Shown piece after piece: positions 25,931 to 41,005 of a stretch of DNA of 64,000 bases. The notes beneath the pieces are model-generated. The model searched no databases, had not been told where the DNA came from, and was given only the letters and a program-made list of their open reading frames with translations. The position numbers and the translations under genes are program-made. How positions within the stretch are numbered: position 1 is the first letter of the stretch; each line of letters opens with the position of its first letter. Source of the stretch: the human T2T-CHM13v2.0 reference genome, Homo sapiens; NCBI RefSeq assembly GCF_009914755.1, contig NC_060926.1, one strand, 5' to 3'.

Positions 25931-27768
25931 ATTCATCTGATGCATGTCAGCATTATATTTTCTCTTTAAGGCATTGAGGATGTTGATGGGTAGTAGAAAT
26001 ATTTAACCAAGAGACATAGGAATATTTGTATTCTGATGTTGAACAATCACCTCTCCTAAGGAGGTCTTTAAGGAAGAAAAGGAAGACAAAGTCATCCTTA
26101 ATGACTAGATGGGATTTTTTACCCAATTCCCCTGGAGCATTCCAAGGAGCTACATTGGACCCCATGGAGAATGCCATTACCGAAGCCAAATCATTCTGAA
26201 TGGTCTAGAAGCAAAGCAGCCTCAAGGGCCGGTTTAGATTTCCTTCCAAAGCTCAAACTTGGATCCCATTACTCTACAATGAGAAGAGGGATGAGAGCAT
26301 AAAATAACAAGAGAAACTGAAGGAAAGATTGATGTCTAAGAGGGTTGGTATTGGGGAGGGGGAGTGGGCAATTTTATTGTTAGGTTCCTAGGCTTTTGGT
26401 AGAAAACTTCTTAAATAAAAAATATTAATATCTTAAGTGAAAAAGATACCAGAGACCCTCCAATATCTTACCACTTAACCCCTATGACTCAGGACACTCA
26501 ACTTTTTGTTCCTACTGTTTTAAAGAACTACACCTTATATTTGTTAGCTTGGTACCTGGAACAGTGGCTTCAAGCACAGGCAATAATGACCACCAACTCT
26601 TGTAAAATCAGAATACTGCCTTCTCTCACATAGATGGAATGATCTGACCCATTCTTGGGAATAAGTAATGAGACCCACATAAAAGATGTTTAAACTTCAA
26701 CCTAGAGGACAGTGTAAGTTTCCAGATACTTTTCTAAATTTTCAAAGAACTGGAGAGTATTTATTGGTTTCCATGGATGAGAGAAGCATTTTTTAAAAAT
26801 TTTGCTTTACAAATTATGTAAATTTTTACAAATTGTACAAATTCTCTTTTGCACGTGGTAGTTCTAGTTCATGCCCTCCCTACCCCTGGCATCCTGTTTA
26901 ATTTTGTATTTATCACATTTTAAAAAGCTAAAACTACATTGTTAGTACTGGTTACATTAAAATAAATCAGAATGGATTTATTCTTGCATTTTGTACTCCT
27001 AGCTTCTGTCATGGTCTTATCTACTAGCATGTTTGAGGTGCATATACAGTGAATAGAGTTCAAACTCTATAGGACTCTATAGAATATAATTCATTAAATC
27101 TTAAAGAAAATGAATGATGAACCCAACTTTCCTCTCCCACTCCTTCCCAGAATCGAACAAACATCTCTTTTTTAGGTATTAGTCAGCAGGTACTTGCTGA
27201 TGAAACAGTGTGTATTGACAGGGAAAGCTAGGGAGTACTATATCTTTCTGGTTTTAGTTTGTATTGGAAAAAGTGGGCAATTCTGCTGCTTCTGCCAGGC
27301 ACTTGGTGCTAGAGCCAGTTGTGCCATGGCCTACGTTGCTGGTTTCAAAAGCGTGAAGCCTCCAGACAGCCAGTTAGTAAGTCAGTGGAAAATGTGGGAG
27401 ATTCTAGATTACTTACATCTGAAATATGTATAGGAAATAGAGGCTAGGTAGTTCTGCCATACGGTTTATAGAGAAAAGTCTGAAATCTCTTATTATAACA
27501 GTTTTCTGCTATAAATCTACATTTACTTGTCTTTTTGTAAGATACCTTTTAAGCAGCAATGAGTTCAAAAAGGAAAGTGCATGTACAATAAAAAATAAAT
27601 ACTGCATTTCAATTTCTCAAGAAAATTGATAATGATTGTAAATTGAATAAACTCTTTGTCAACATTTATCATTTTTCTTGGGGGTTGTGGTAATGTCATC
27701 ATAAACGTTAAATAGAAGACAAAAAGCTGTTTAAGAAGCATTTGCATCTATTTCAAAAGCTAATAATC

Positions 27769-28103
<335 letters not shown>

Positions 28104-29383
28104 TCATTTTCAGAACACTTTAGAAAATAATAGTAATTTAACACTTGGGGCTGCAGAAAGTGCATGTTCATGCCATTGCATACAACTTTTTATTTATATA
28201 AAAACATTGTTCTTTATAAATTTCATTGATTTTTAATTTCAAGTTTTCTTATGCATGTATGAAAAGTGTTAGAATGTCGACTCCATTAGCAGAACTTGGT
28301 AGAGTTAAATGATGTCAACATGTTGTCACTGTCATCCGATTCCAAATAGAAAATTAATTAATTCCAATAATAATTTAATTTTTAATCCAATTTATAAAAT
28401 CATAGTAATGCTTTGGAAGTTAATTTAGTAAAAGATGAAATATTTGACAATTATTTTAGATAAAATTGTTAATTTTTGAAAACAAAACATAAATTGTGGT
28501 TGTATTGTTTTGAAATTAATTGACGACATTTAAGCAAAGGATTCAATGAAGAGCATATGCCAAATTTTCAGCTTTTGAAGCTTTAGTGAATTTTACTCAT
28601 TGAAAATAAAGCAAACAGGAAGATATGGAAATAAATCCCTACAAAAGCAAGGAGGAATGGAACAAATTAAACACAAAGAGCAAACCATATGTAAGATTTA
28701 ATATTATAATTATGTAATTGTGCTTGGTTATACTTTGACTTGTTGGAAAACAAATCTTTAAATGGAGCTTATAGATATAGATTGGATTTATGTATATTCT
28801 GAGGAGGGCTTTCCTATTGTGGTAACTACATTTGACTAAGTATTCAAATGAATCAAAAGTAAGTGAAAATCATTTGATGAGCTTTGACATTTAATCATAT
28901 TTGTCAGAAAATAGTACTCGGCATGGAGGTTAAAAGGTAGTACCTGTGAAAATATTTAGACTAAAATATTTACATATTTTAATTAAAGATTGAATTGAGA
29001 ATATTCTTCTTTCAGTACAATTTGCTCTGAGCTTACTAAGTATTCAGCACCTACAGTGAAAGGATTTACATTAAGAACTAATGTGCTCTCTAGAGAGGAG
29101 AAAACTGAAGATGCCAACAATCTCATATTTGTTACTATAAAACATGGAAGAGGATTGTATATTTTATGAAAAATTATAAATAATAAAACCATATTTTTAA
29201 AAATGCATTCTTCAGAAAATATCCCAATGTTACAGGTGAAGTAGAGGTATAAATAAGGAATCGATTTAGAAGGATTGTGATTAAGTGCTATTATTAATTA
29301 TTCTGCTTATATATTTTAATCATTAAAAATAGTATTTTGTTATGTGCTGTTTTTTAGAAGGAATTTTATCTTGAAAATAGTTG

Positions 29384-29685
29384 CTGGGCCCAGTGGCTCA
29401 TGCCTGTAATCCCAGCACTTTGGGAGGCCGAGGCAGGCGGATCACGAGGTCAGGAGTTTGAGATCAGCCTGACCAACATGGTGAAACTCCATCACTACTA
29501 AAAAAAGAAAAAATACAAAAATTAGCTGGGCATGGTGGTGTGTGCCTGCAATCCCAGCTACTCGGGAAGCTGAGGCAGGAGAATCACTTGAACCTGGAAG
29601 TCTCAGTGAGCCGAGATCGTGCCATTGCACTCCAGCCTGGGCAACAGAGTGAGACTCCGTCTCAAAAAAAAAAAAAAAAAAAAAC
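29384..29685 (+). mobile_element. AluS (Sg-like)
   Basis: Dimer with small right-arm deletion; TSD GAAAATAGTTG at 29373-29383 and 29686-29696. Confidence 0.92.
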
Positions 29686-29824
29686 GAAAATAGTTGTTGA
29701 CGATATCATTTTATAAGGCTTTTGATATAATGAAATTAATTTCCTGTCAAAAATGTGTCAACAGTTGACAATTTTTATTTTTTAATGTATCCTTTTACTC
29801 TCAAAATTGTCCTGGTTCAAAAGC

Positions 29825-30060
29825 AGCATTTGGAGCCCAGTTTCCTGGGCCTAATATCCTGCTCTGCCTTTTACCACATTTGAGAACTTAAAGTCATTTA
29901 AGAACTTAAGTGACTTTTGAGAACTTAAAGTCATTTAAACTATCTGTGCCTCAGTTTCCACCTGTAAAATGAGGATGGTAACAACTTATGCCTCCTAGGG
30001 TTGTGAGGATTAAATAAACAACTAAGTGAATGCTAGTTGTTATTATCATTACTATCACTG
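29825..30060 (+). mobile_element. MIR carrying a local duplication
   Basis: tctgtgcctcagtttccacctgtaaaatgaggatg...gttgtgaggattaaat. Confidence 0.8.
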
Positions 30061-31025
30061 TCTTTCAAAATTTTTGCCTAGGTATCCCAATTTATAACTT
30101 ATTTATAATTCCTGAAATTCAGCAGTGAACCCAATGTGTATGGTAAAAAGAGAGAGAGAAAAGCAAGCTAAATAAAGATGAATAAACTATAAGTAGAAAA
30201 TAGAAAAAATCATTTGGCAATTTTACAACTTGTTTTAACAACAAGTTAGTGTTTTCAAAATACTGGTGGCTTTTATTTAATAAAATATAAGTGGAATTGA
30301 TACTTTTCTCTCCATATGTGCCAGATAAAATGGTTTTATAACAAAATAATCATGATAAAAGAGAAGTCCAGTGCTATAAGAAAATGCAAATATTCTAAGT
30401 ACTGTTTTAAAGCACCACTTATCAAAAAAATTAAAAATAGCAACTCACACATGGTACCTGGTAGTCTTTGCCTATAGAAGGATTGCTTGAATAATAGAGA
30501 TTTTGGACAATAGTTACTATTCCTGAAAAGAGGCATATGATTATGAAAGTTATATGTCTTCTTTATACATGTAACAGTTCAATAAAATATTGTGGGTTAC
30601 TCTTTGTAGTAAAAAGGAACACTTAGCAAAATTATTCCTTGTGATACCTCAATTCAGAGTAATCATTTATTTTTTTGCTTAGAGTCTTGGTTTTTCTTTC
30701 TCCATTACTAAATAGAATGGTATTTGCATAGAACATCTAACTGCTAACTAAAATCTATAAAACATCTATAAAACAAATTAAACTGGTTTTCAAATGAACA
30801 TCTGGTAGAGTGTTCTTTTCAAATAAAGGTTAATTCAAGATTCACAAATTTCACCAACATGATATATTTGATAAGCACAAAATATTTATAAGCTCAAAAG
30901 TGCCTCTGAATATAGCACAAAAATTTATTTCCAAAGGGATGATTTTTTTAAAAAATATCCTATAATTTATATGATTACCTACCTAAAAAGGGAGTTTATT
31001 TTAAACAAAGCTTAAAAACTAAGAC

Positions 31026-31359
<334 letters not shown>

Positions 31360-32089
31360 CTAAATGTTTTATTTTGATTTCTTTGATATAGGTATCATAA
31401 CTTTCTATTTATCAGTAATATAATTTTAGAAAAATAAAAGTATTTAAAAACATACTACATTTCTAGTAACAATAAAAATCAATATTATTTGAATTAGAGA
31501 GGCCTTAAAAAGATATGTATTTGTTGTATACAGTAGAAACTGCTCAAACATTTTTAGGATTACAAAAGAAGAAAATAATAATAAACACACCTTATTACAA
31601 AACAAAATAACTGGATATCTGAGATTTCAGTAAGTTATTATAGATTATTACACTAAGTTATAATAAGTTTTTATAGCTTAAGATATTTGGTAGGTATCTG
31701 GATGGTTGCTTGTATGTTTGGTAGTACTTCATAGAATATTCTACAATTCATCTAATGAGTAAAACAATTAAATACTCTTAGGAAAAAATATTTAATGGGG
31801 TAAAGCTGATCTTATTTTATGTTAAAATAAAATAAAATAAAGACTTAATAAATAAAAACAATATTGTTTTAGGTAATTGACAGACAGCTGTGTCATAAGG
31901 GGAATTATACAAATTATTATTAGTAAGGAATGGACTATTGTTAACATTGCATCAAAAAAAAAAAACAGTGAAAAAAGGTTACTTAGATAGTGGGATTTAA
32001 TTAATTGGCTATTTTGGAAAAAAATCTTTATTTTTCCTTTGCTATACATAGCAACATAACTTTCAGATATATTAAAGTTCTAATATTTA

Positions 32090-32166
32090 GAGACTTGAGC
32101 ATCCCTGGATTTTGATATCCACTGGGGTCCTGGAATGAATCCCTTGTGATGCCAATGGGACAACTG
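32090..32166 (+). mobile_element. Tigger3/MER7-type terminal fragment
   Basis: gacttgagcatccctggattttgatatccactggggtcctggaa...gggacaactg. Confidence 0.75.
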
Positions 32167-32510
32167 AACAAGCAAGAGCTAAATCTAACAAATAGTGTAT
32201 CAAATAAAAGTAGCCAAAGAACAATATATACTGTGTAAGTAAATTTATATTAAATTCAAATCAGAGAAAACAAAGCTGTGGTATCAGAAATCAGGATAGT
32301 TATTTGCAACTTTTTAAAAATCTCAATGCTGAGTCTATGGGTATATTCAATTTAAGAAAATCCATCAAGCTGTGCAAATATGATTTCTATATTTTGGAAT
32401 GTTATCCCAGTTACATTAAGTTGATATTTTCACTGCTAATTACATATGAGCTTTTTCATATGTTATTACATATTCTTGGAAGCACTGTTTCAGTTGCTTC
32501 AAATGTTATA

Positions 32511-34855
32511 TAGGCATACCTGGTTTTACTGTGCTTTACTTTATTTCATTTGGCAGGTGTACTTTTTACAAGTTAAAAGATTGTAGCAATCCTGCATTGA
32601 GCAAGTCTATTGATGCCATTTTTTTCCAACAGCATTCGCTAACTTCATGTCTCTGTGTCACATTTTTGTTAGTCTTACAGTATTTCAAACTTTTCATTAT
32701 TATATCTGTTATGGTGATTGGTGATCAGTGATCTTTAATGTCACTACTGTACTTGTTTTGGGGCTCCACAAACAACACCTGTCTAAGATGGCTGAACTTA
32801 ATTGATGAATGTTTTGTGTATTCTGACTGCTCTACCAATTGGCCATTCCTGTCTCGTCTCTCTCCCTCTCTTTGGGCCTCTCCATTCCCTGAGAACAACA
32901 ATATTAAAATTGGGTCAATTAATAACCCTAAAATGGCTTCTAAGTATTCAAGTGAAAGGAAGAGCTGCATGTCTTTCACTTAAATACAAAGCTAGAAATC
33001 ATTAAGCTTAGTGAGGAAGTCATGTCAAAAGTTGAAGTAGTCTGAAAGCTAGACATCTTGGATCAGTCATGTTGATAATTCAAAGGAAAAGTTCTTGACA
33101 AAAATTGAATTTACTATTCCAGTGAACACACAAATAATAAGAAAGGGAAACAAACTTATTGCTGATAGGGAGAAAGTTTTAGTGGATAGAAGATCAAACC
33201 AGCCACAACATTCCCTTAAAGCAAAGCCTAATCCAGAGCCAGTCTTTAACTCTTCAATTCCATGAAGGCTGAGAGAGGTGAGGAAGCTGCAGAGAAGAGT
33301 CTGACACCAGCAGAGCTTGGTTCATGAGGTTAAAGAAGAGAAGCCATCTGTATAGCATGCATGCAAGATGAAGCAGCAAGTGCCGATGTAAAAGCTGCAG
33401 CAAGTTATCCAGAAGATTTAGCTGAGATAATTGATGAAGGTGTCTACCCTAAACAACAGATTTGCAATGTAGATAAAATGGTCCTATATTGGAGCCATCT
33501 GGGACTTTTACAGTTAGACAGAAGTCAATTCCTGGCTTCCAAACTTCAAATGACAAGCTGACTCTTTTGTTAGGGGCTAATGTAGCTGGTAACTAATCTG
33601 AAGCCAATGCTCATTTACCATTCTAGAAGTTCTAGGGCCCCAAAGATTATGCTAATTCTACTCTATAGTGCTCTATAAATGGAAAAAAAAAGCCTGATGA
33701 CAGTACATCTGTTTACAACATGGTTTACTGAATATTTCAAGCCCATTGGTGAGACCTAATGCTCAGAAAAAAGATTCCTTTTAAATTATTACTACTCATT
33801 GACAATGGACCTGGTCACTCAAGAGCTCTGATGGAGAGGTACAATGAGATTCATGTTGTTTTTAGGTCTGCTAACAGAACATCCTTTCTTCACCCCATGG
33901 ATCAAGGAGTAACTTTGACTTTCGAGTCTTATTATTTCAGAAATACAGTGATTCCTCTGAAGGATATGGGCAAAGTAAATTGAGAACCTTCTGGTAAGGA
34001 TTTATCATTTCAGATGCCATTAAGAGAAGTCATAATTCATGGGAGGTGGTCAAAACATCCACATTAACAGGAGTTTGGAAAAAGTTGATTCCAACCTTCA
34101 TGGATGTCTGAGAGGTTCAAGACTTCAGTTGAAGAAGTAGCTGAAGATGTAGAAATAGCAAGATGACTACATTTAGAAGTGGAGCCTGAAGATGTGACTG
34201 AATTGCTGCAATCTCATGATAAAACTTGGACAGAGGAGGATTTGCTTCTTATGAATGAGCAAAGAAAGTATTTTTTTGTTTTTTAGGTAGAATCTACTCT
34301 TGGTGAAGAGACTATGAGCATTGTTGAAATGACAACAAAGCATTTAGAATATTACATCAACAGTAGACAAAGCAATGGCGGTTTTGAGAGGATTGACTCC
34401 AATTTTGAAAGAAATTCTACTATAGGTAAAATAATATCAGATAACATCCCATGTTACTGACAAATTTTTCATGAAGAAAAGAGCTAATCAATGCAGAGAA
34501 TTTTATCATCTGATTTCAAGAAATCTCCACAGCTATGCCAACCTTCAGCAACCACCACCCTGATCAGTCAGCGGCAATCAATGTAAAGGCAAGAACCTCC
34601 ACCAGCAAAAAGATTATGACTCACTGAAGGCTCAAATGATTATTAGCATTTTTAGCTATAAAGTATTTTTTCAATTAAGGTACATATATGTTTTTAGATA
34701 TAATGCTGTTGCACACTTAATAGACTATATTATAGTGTAAACATAAGTTTTATATGCACTGGAAAACCAGAAAATTTGTGTGATTCACTTTTTTGTAAAA
34801 TTGTTTTATTGTGGTGGTCTGGAATCAAACATTCAGTATTTCTGAGCTATGCCTG
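32511..34855 (+). mobile_element. Tigger1 (TcMar-Tigger/pogo) DNA transposon, near full length
   Basis: TIR remnants taggcatacc...ctatgcctg, TA on the left flank, continuous similarity to Tigger1 over 2345 bp. Confidence 0.95.
32933..34300 (+). pseudogene. Disrupted Tigger1 transposase (CENP-B-like HTH plus DDE_1)
   Basis: ORF fragments [48 protein letters not shown] separated by frameshifts and stops; 3' end approximate. Confidence 0.88.
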
Positions 34856-34869
34856 TGCATACATCTTCA

Positions 34870-36800
34870 TGTTTACTTAATACTTTTCTTATTATTGTTG
34901 AATTTATTTCTAATATTGAGACATTATAAAAAAACTTTGATGAAAAGTCTCCATACATAAATACACATCAGTATATCTGATTGAGAATTTCTTTAGGATA
35001 AATTCCTACAAGAAAAAGAGCTTAGCCAAAATATATGAATATTTAGAAGACTCTTGACAAAATTATCAAGTGTTTTTCCAGAAAGCTTAAGCTGATTTAA
35101 AGTCCTATATTTAATATGTGAGGTTACATTTTTACCTCGCTCTCAACAACCTAGACATATTTATTAATCTGAAAAGGAAAAAAAAGAGAAGCTACATTGT
35201 TTAATTTTTTAATTAATTGCTGTATTAAACCTACTACACGTTTATTTTTCCATATAAGTTGTCTACTTGCATCCTTTGCCAAATTAATTCTTGATGACTT
35301 TCATCTCAATTTTTAGCACTCTTTGTATTTAAGGGTGTAGCATTTCTGTCAAAGTTCCTGAAAGCATTCTCACAATATGTTGTCTTTTAAGTTGAGATGT
35401 TTTAGTTATCTAAATATGTTTTATGTTTATCATTATTCATATGCACATTGGCTGTGCATAATTGCACTTTTATCTCTTTCTCTCCAGTCCTTATGCCATT
35501 TAAATTTTTTTTCTTGTCTTACTCTACTGACTAGAACCTTCAGGATATTGTTGATTTGCTGTGGGAATAATGGCATTTATATTTCATTCCCAATTTCAGG
35601 CAAACAACATTCCATCTTGTACCATTAATCATGATGTGCTGTTACTAATTGAATATATGTACACCCCACAAATTCACAGATAAAAGCCCTAATGTTACAA
35701 TATGATGATATTTGAAGATGGAGTTTTGGGGAAGTAATGCTCAGATGAGGTCATGAAGGTGGGATTCTCAAGATGACATGAGTGTTCTTACTAGAGGAAG
35801 AGAGACCAGAGCTCTCTCTTTCCCTACCATGTAAAGATACAGTAAGAAGGAGGTCATCTTCAAACTTGGAAGAGGACCCTTACCAGAAACTGAATCTGCT
35901 GTCATCATGTTCCTGGACTTTGCAAACTCCAGAACTGTGAGAAATAAATGTTTATGGCTTAAGCCACTCAGTCTATGGTATTTTGTTATAGTAGCTCAAG
36001 CTGATATGCTACAAGTATTTTTTTCAATTTCTTTTATAAGATATCTGGACATTCTTCTTTATCCTAGCTTTCATGCATTAGAGTTGAGTTGTATCAATTA
36101 TTTTTTTACCTATATTAAAATGTTAACATAATTTTTCTCTTTTTTATGTTTTTTTAATGGTTATACTGATTGATTTGGTTGTTAAACTAGCCTTGCATTC
36201 CAAGTATAAACCCACCTTGATCATGATGTATTTTTATTTTTAATATATTCTAATAAGAGTTTGTTACAGTTTTTAGTTTTTAAATTTTTAATGTTTTTTA
36301 CATTTATTTTCATGAGACATTAGTCTATATATCTTTTTTCAATTTTTGGCATCAAAATTATTTTGACCACATGAAATAAATTGGGTAATATTTTTTCTTT
36401 TTTTCTGGAAGAATTCATGTAAGATTAGTATTTCTTCCTTAAACATTTAAGGTAATTTACTGGTAATGCTATATTGGCATCGAATTTTCATTGAAGAAAA
36501 TCTTTAATTAGTAATGACATTTCATTATTAGTTATGAGTTTATTCAATTTTTCAGTTTCTCCTTGTGTCATTTTGTTATGTTTCTGGTGTACCTTACAAA
36601 TTTTATCTAACTTCCTTAATGTGTAGGCATAAAGTTGTTCATAATATATTGTTATATTTTAGTGGATTTAGGATCAATATTTCTCATATTTATTATTTAT
36701 ATTTATTTTTCCTAATTAAACCTAAGGTTTTTCATTAGATTGTTATACTAACTTCTGCTATAATAGCTATACTCATTTATTAAAATAAACACTGTCTCCT
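34870..36800 (-). mobile_element. Old L1 (L1ME-like) ORF2/3' region interrupted by MLT1A
   Basis: ctagaaccttcaggatattgttga, ccttgcattccaagtataaacccaccttgatcatgatgta: antisense L1 ORF2 motifs. Confidence 0.7.
35640..36006 (+). mobile_element. MLT1A-type MaLR solo LTR
   Basis: ctccagaactgtgagaaataaatg...aagccactcagtctatggtattttgttatag. Confidence 0.85.
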
Positions 36801-37783
36801 TTTTATATGTGCATTTGTATATATTGTGCTGATTTCACTGATCTTCTTTGGAATATTTTGAGTTTTAAAAATTATTTCACTGTATAGTATATATTCTTTT
36901 TTGTGTGAATAATTTTCTAAATTTAAAAAAGTTAGTGAATTGGTTCTATAATTTTTCTTTCTAGATATAAATTAACATAATACCTACAGATTCCTACTTC
37001 TTCTTACAGCACCCCTTGGATACTTACTCAAATGAATCATATATTTATCTGCATATTTATATCCAGTGATTCTATGCAATTAAAATATATTTAAAATGTG
37101 TACAAAGTTTTAACGTTTTATTAGGCGGGGTCCGGGGTTGAAGCCTCATAAATTGATGATTGCTACATTCAGCAGAAAAATTGATTTAGTTGAAGGATAT
37201 TACGTATCTCCAGGAGAAGGCTGAAGACTAGGTAGGGCTCAGGAAATAGGCAGGAATGAAGAGAAGGTGTTTATCCAGAAACAAAGTCACTGTTGTACCA
37301 CAGAACTTATCTACTTAGCGTGCTGTTGTTGATCCTATAAATAGACATAGGAGGCCATTCTTGCTCCTGATGCCATTGGATGCCATATTCCACAATCGAC
37401 TGACAGAATGAACTATAATCTATTCTTAACATCACTGTTCCTTGTCACTTATTCAATGTCTCAGGCAAAAGTATATCATCGGTTGAATCTGATACTTGCC
37501 TGCTTCTAGGTGCCAGGGAATAGAGAGAACAAACATTTAGCTTTTTGGATTCCACGAAGACTAACAGAGTGTGAAAATCCCTTTGATGGGGGTTCGGATT
37601 CTGGTCAGTCAAGTAATGTTACTAAATGACCATTTTGAAGGGCTATCCACTGGAATGGTGAAAATACGATGTAAAGTGTCCAACTGCTAAAGGAAAACAT
37701 ATATATGTCACAAATAAAGTTTAATCTAAGATGAGAAAGGAGATACATAAAAGAAATAAGGAACAATAAGATATTGTGGTGTA

Positions 37784-38240
37784 TGTAGTGGACATTTTCT
37801 GTTTTTGACTACCTAAATCAATATATTCTGATTTTGATAACAGCATCTGGATTTGATCTTCAGAACGACCCTATTTTCCATGATTCAGGTAGAGATAACT
37901 CAACCTGCTGTGGTGGACTCAGGTTTGGGCTTGACCAGTCAAGACATTCTATCTCACTGGTGACCGAGATTAGCTCAGGGTTGGGTATGTTACTCATGTA
38001 GGGCAAATGAAACCCTTACAGAAAATTTTGGAAACTATTAGAACAAAGGAATACACCCATTTCAGAACAGTTGCATGTTTGTAACAGAATCTTCAAACTG
38101 CTTATAGCCGTCTTGATCCTGTGTAGGAAGATGCTGACTGAGAAGGAGGAAGGAGCCCAGTGAGAAGAAACCAGACATCAGAGATGGAAAGACAGATCCC
38201 TGACCATAGTCATTGCAGTTGATTACAGTCCTGCCTAAAT
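37784..38240 (+). mobile_element. MLT1K/L-like old MaLR LTR
   Basis: tgtagtggaca...gattagctcagggttgggtatgttactca; approximate. Confidence 0.55.
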
Positions 38241-38619
38241 TGGATAAGTCATAAGAAGGAAACTCTTTTAACTTACTAAAATATATAAAAGAAGGTTCAA
38301 ATTCCCAACTGGCTTTTTTTCTTTTTAAATAGAATAAACAAATTCTAAAGTTGATTCCAAAAGAATTTGGATAAAAATAACCCAGAAAATTTGAAAACCC
38401 ATATGATGATTAATAAATGTCAAAGCATAAAGTAATGCTGCAGGAATTAAAACAGTGTGGGTTTGGTGCTGGGACAAATTAATTAATGGGAAAGAAGGAA
38501 GTACAGGATATTTCATGCATAAATGAAATTATATGAAAAACAACTTCTTACCATGACATTTATGTCCCTTTGTGATCTGGTCCTTGTCAAACTCTTTATC
38601 TTTTCTCTCCACAGTCTGT

Positions 38620-38910
38620 CAGGAGAAGTTATAGTTGGAGCTGACAAAGAAGAAGAGGATAGCCAACTGGAGATTTTCAGTAGAAGTTCACAGCTATAAC
38701 CCGTGTTTCAGCAGGGAGGGAGTTGGGGAGTAGAGAATAAGTAGCCTGACCCAACTGTTCTCTGTTCTTTCAATCTCCATCATATTTCTCATTGGCAGAG
38801 TCCATTTGGAAACTAGAAGGCAACAAGACTGGTTGAGACAATCCTTTAGGTAGTCCAAAGGTAGCTCTGGGGCGCAGAGCAGAGAAGATAAAGAAAGTGG
38901 AGTAGTACAA
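38620..38910 (-). mobile_element. LTR33-like fragment
   Basis: Minus strand ctgctctgcgcccc...ttgccttctagtttcc...gccaatgaga. Confidence 0.6.
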
Positions 38911-40320
38911 GGAAAATAATCCCTCAAGCCACCATATATCCAAATGATTTTCAACCTTCCTGTTGTACTTCTTCTCCTTCAGGAATGGTCTTCACAGATC
39001 CACCCCTATATCTGACTACTCATCTTTCAAAATTGAATTCAGTGTCCCTTTAAATTTGAGTCAGGGCCAGAAGTCAAATAAGAGAGTTCCAGGCCTTGGT
39101 ATATTTTTCTAATTGCTTCACACCTAGAATGAAAGGTTTTTATTGAATTACTGAATGAAAGCTCCTGAAAGACAAGCAGGTACCAAGCAAAAAACCTGGA
39201 ATTTATACTTTGGGGGCTACAGAATAAGGTAAACTTGTGGAATACTGTCAGTGTCCTCAAAACCAAAATAAGCAACCTTTATAGGTAGTCAAAGCCCTAA
39301 ATTTGAAGGTAACTTTGCAGTTATTAAGGGTGAGAGGGGGATTGCTATAGATTACATTTAAACTCCTCAGATGTTTCTGATACAATGTTTCAACAGTCTA
39401 TAGAAAAAAGACAATTCCTCAAACCCGTTCTCTAGAAAGCTTGAGTGTCTGCACAGTTCCTGGCCTGGACTGCCCTGTTATTTCTTGTGGGTCTTCCCTC
39501 TGCTGATAGTCTTGCTGATGATGCATGTGCGGTGGGCATGTTGGCATGATTCCTCTGGTTTTTAACGGGAGGACCCAGCATCCAAAAATAGAGTGACTTT
39601 ATATGTAAATACTGAAGTAATACTTCTGGGAACTTGATAGAAAATTCAGTCTCCTAAGTTTCTTTATATTCCATTATTTTATTTGCTAAGAATATTATGG
39701 AAACTATTCCAGTATCCTTTAGTAAGAAGCTCATTAACAATGAATGAGTATAGTCAATAGAGATATTGTTCTGTAAGCAAATAGAACAAATTTTGCTAGG
39801 TATAATGCCAGGCTAATGTCGTTTATTATACAACATATGCCTCAATTAAATTTTCATGTGATATAGTGCATGCAGATTTTCTAGGATAAACAGCGATGTT
39901 CAGAAACTAAAGCCTTAATATAGCGTGCTAGCAAACCCTGAGACAGCAAATCAATAGAATATTCAAGTCAAACAAGACAGTTTCAGACAAGGACAAAGTA
40001 CTAACCTTAAATGTGAATGCATTTGCATTTATAAATGTAGCTTAAATCAATTTGTGTCTAATTTTCTTGTAATTATATCCTGATATTTAGAAATCATAAA
40101 TATATTTTAAAACTCTTCTATTGACATTGTAATGATCTAAATTGAATTCAGGTTGTCTGGCCTTTATTATATCCTCAGTGATGTGATATCACATATGAAC
40201 GTGATGACTACAATTTATTCAGACTACAGTAGCAAGTATCAGTGATAAACTCTTGATTACCAAATTTTAAGCTCCCTGTATCTGTATTTTTTGTTTGGAT
40301 TTCCAAATATATCCCTTCAG

Positions 40321-41005
40321 TTATTTTATTCTTAATTAAGATACAATGTACATATCACAACACTCATCTTTTAGTGATTTTTAGTATGTTCATAATATTG
40401 TGAAACCATCATCACTAATTCCAGAATATTTTCATCATCCTCAAAAGAAATTCCATACCCTTGAGCAGTCACTCCACACTATTCTCTGCCCCAACCCCTA
40501 GCAGCTATTTAATGCTGATTGATATTCTATGTATTTTCTTACTTTGGACGTTTTATATACATGGGATCCCATATTAGGTAGCCTTTTGTGTCTGACTTTT
40601 TTAGTTAGCATGATTTTGTCAAGGTTCATCCATGTTGCACCATGAATCAGCACTTTATTTATTTTTATGGTTGAGTGATATTCCATTTTATGGATATATC
40701 ACATTTTGTTTATGCACTTGTCAGTTGAACATTTGGGTTGTTTCCACTTTTTGGCTGTTATGAATAATGCAACAGTGAACATTTGTGTAGATGGGATGCT
40801 TTCAATTCTCTTGGATATATGTCTACAGTGGAATTGCTGGATCATATGATAATTGTATGTTTATAATAACTTCTGTGGAACTCCCAGAGTTTTCTAAAAC
40901 ACTGCATCATTTTGTATTCCCATCAGCAAAGCATAAGGATTCCAACTTCTCCATTCCTTGCCAATACTAGCTATAATGTCTTTTTATTGTATCTATTCTT
41001 CATTC
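40321..41005 (-). mobile_element. L1MB 3' end
   Basis: aattccagaatattttcatc, aaggttcatccatgttg, atttgggttgtttccactttttggct. Confidence 0.85.

Noticed and set aside
32933-33983. Domesticated TIGD1-like gene
   Set aside because: There are multiple frameshifts and stops, starting 17 codons after the ATG.
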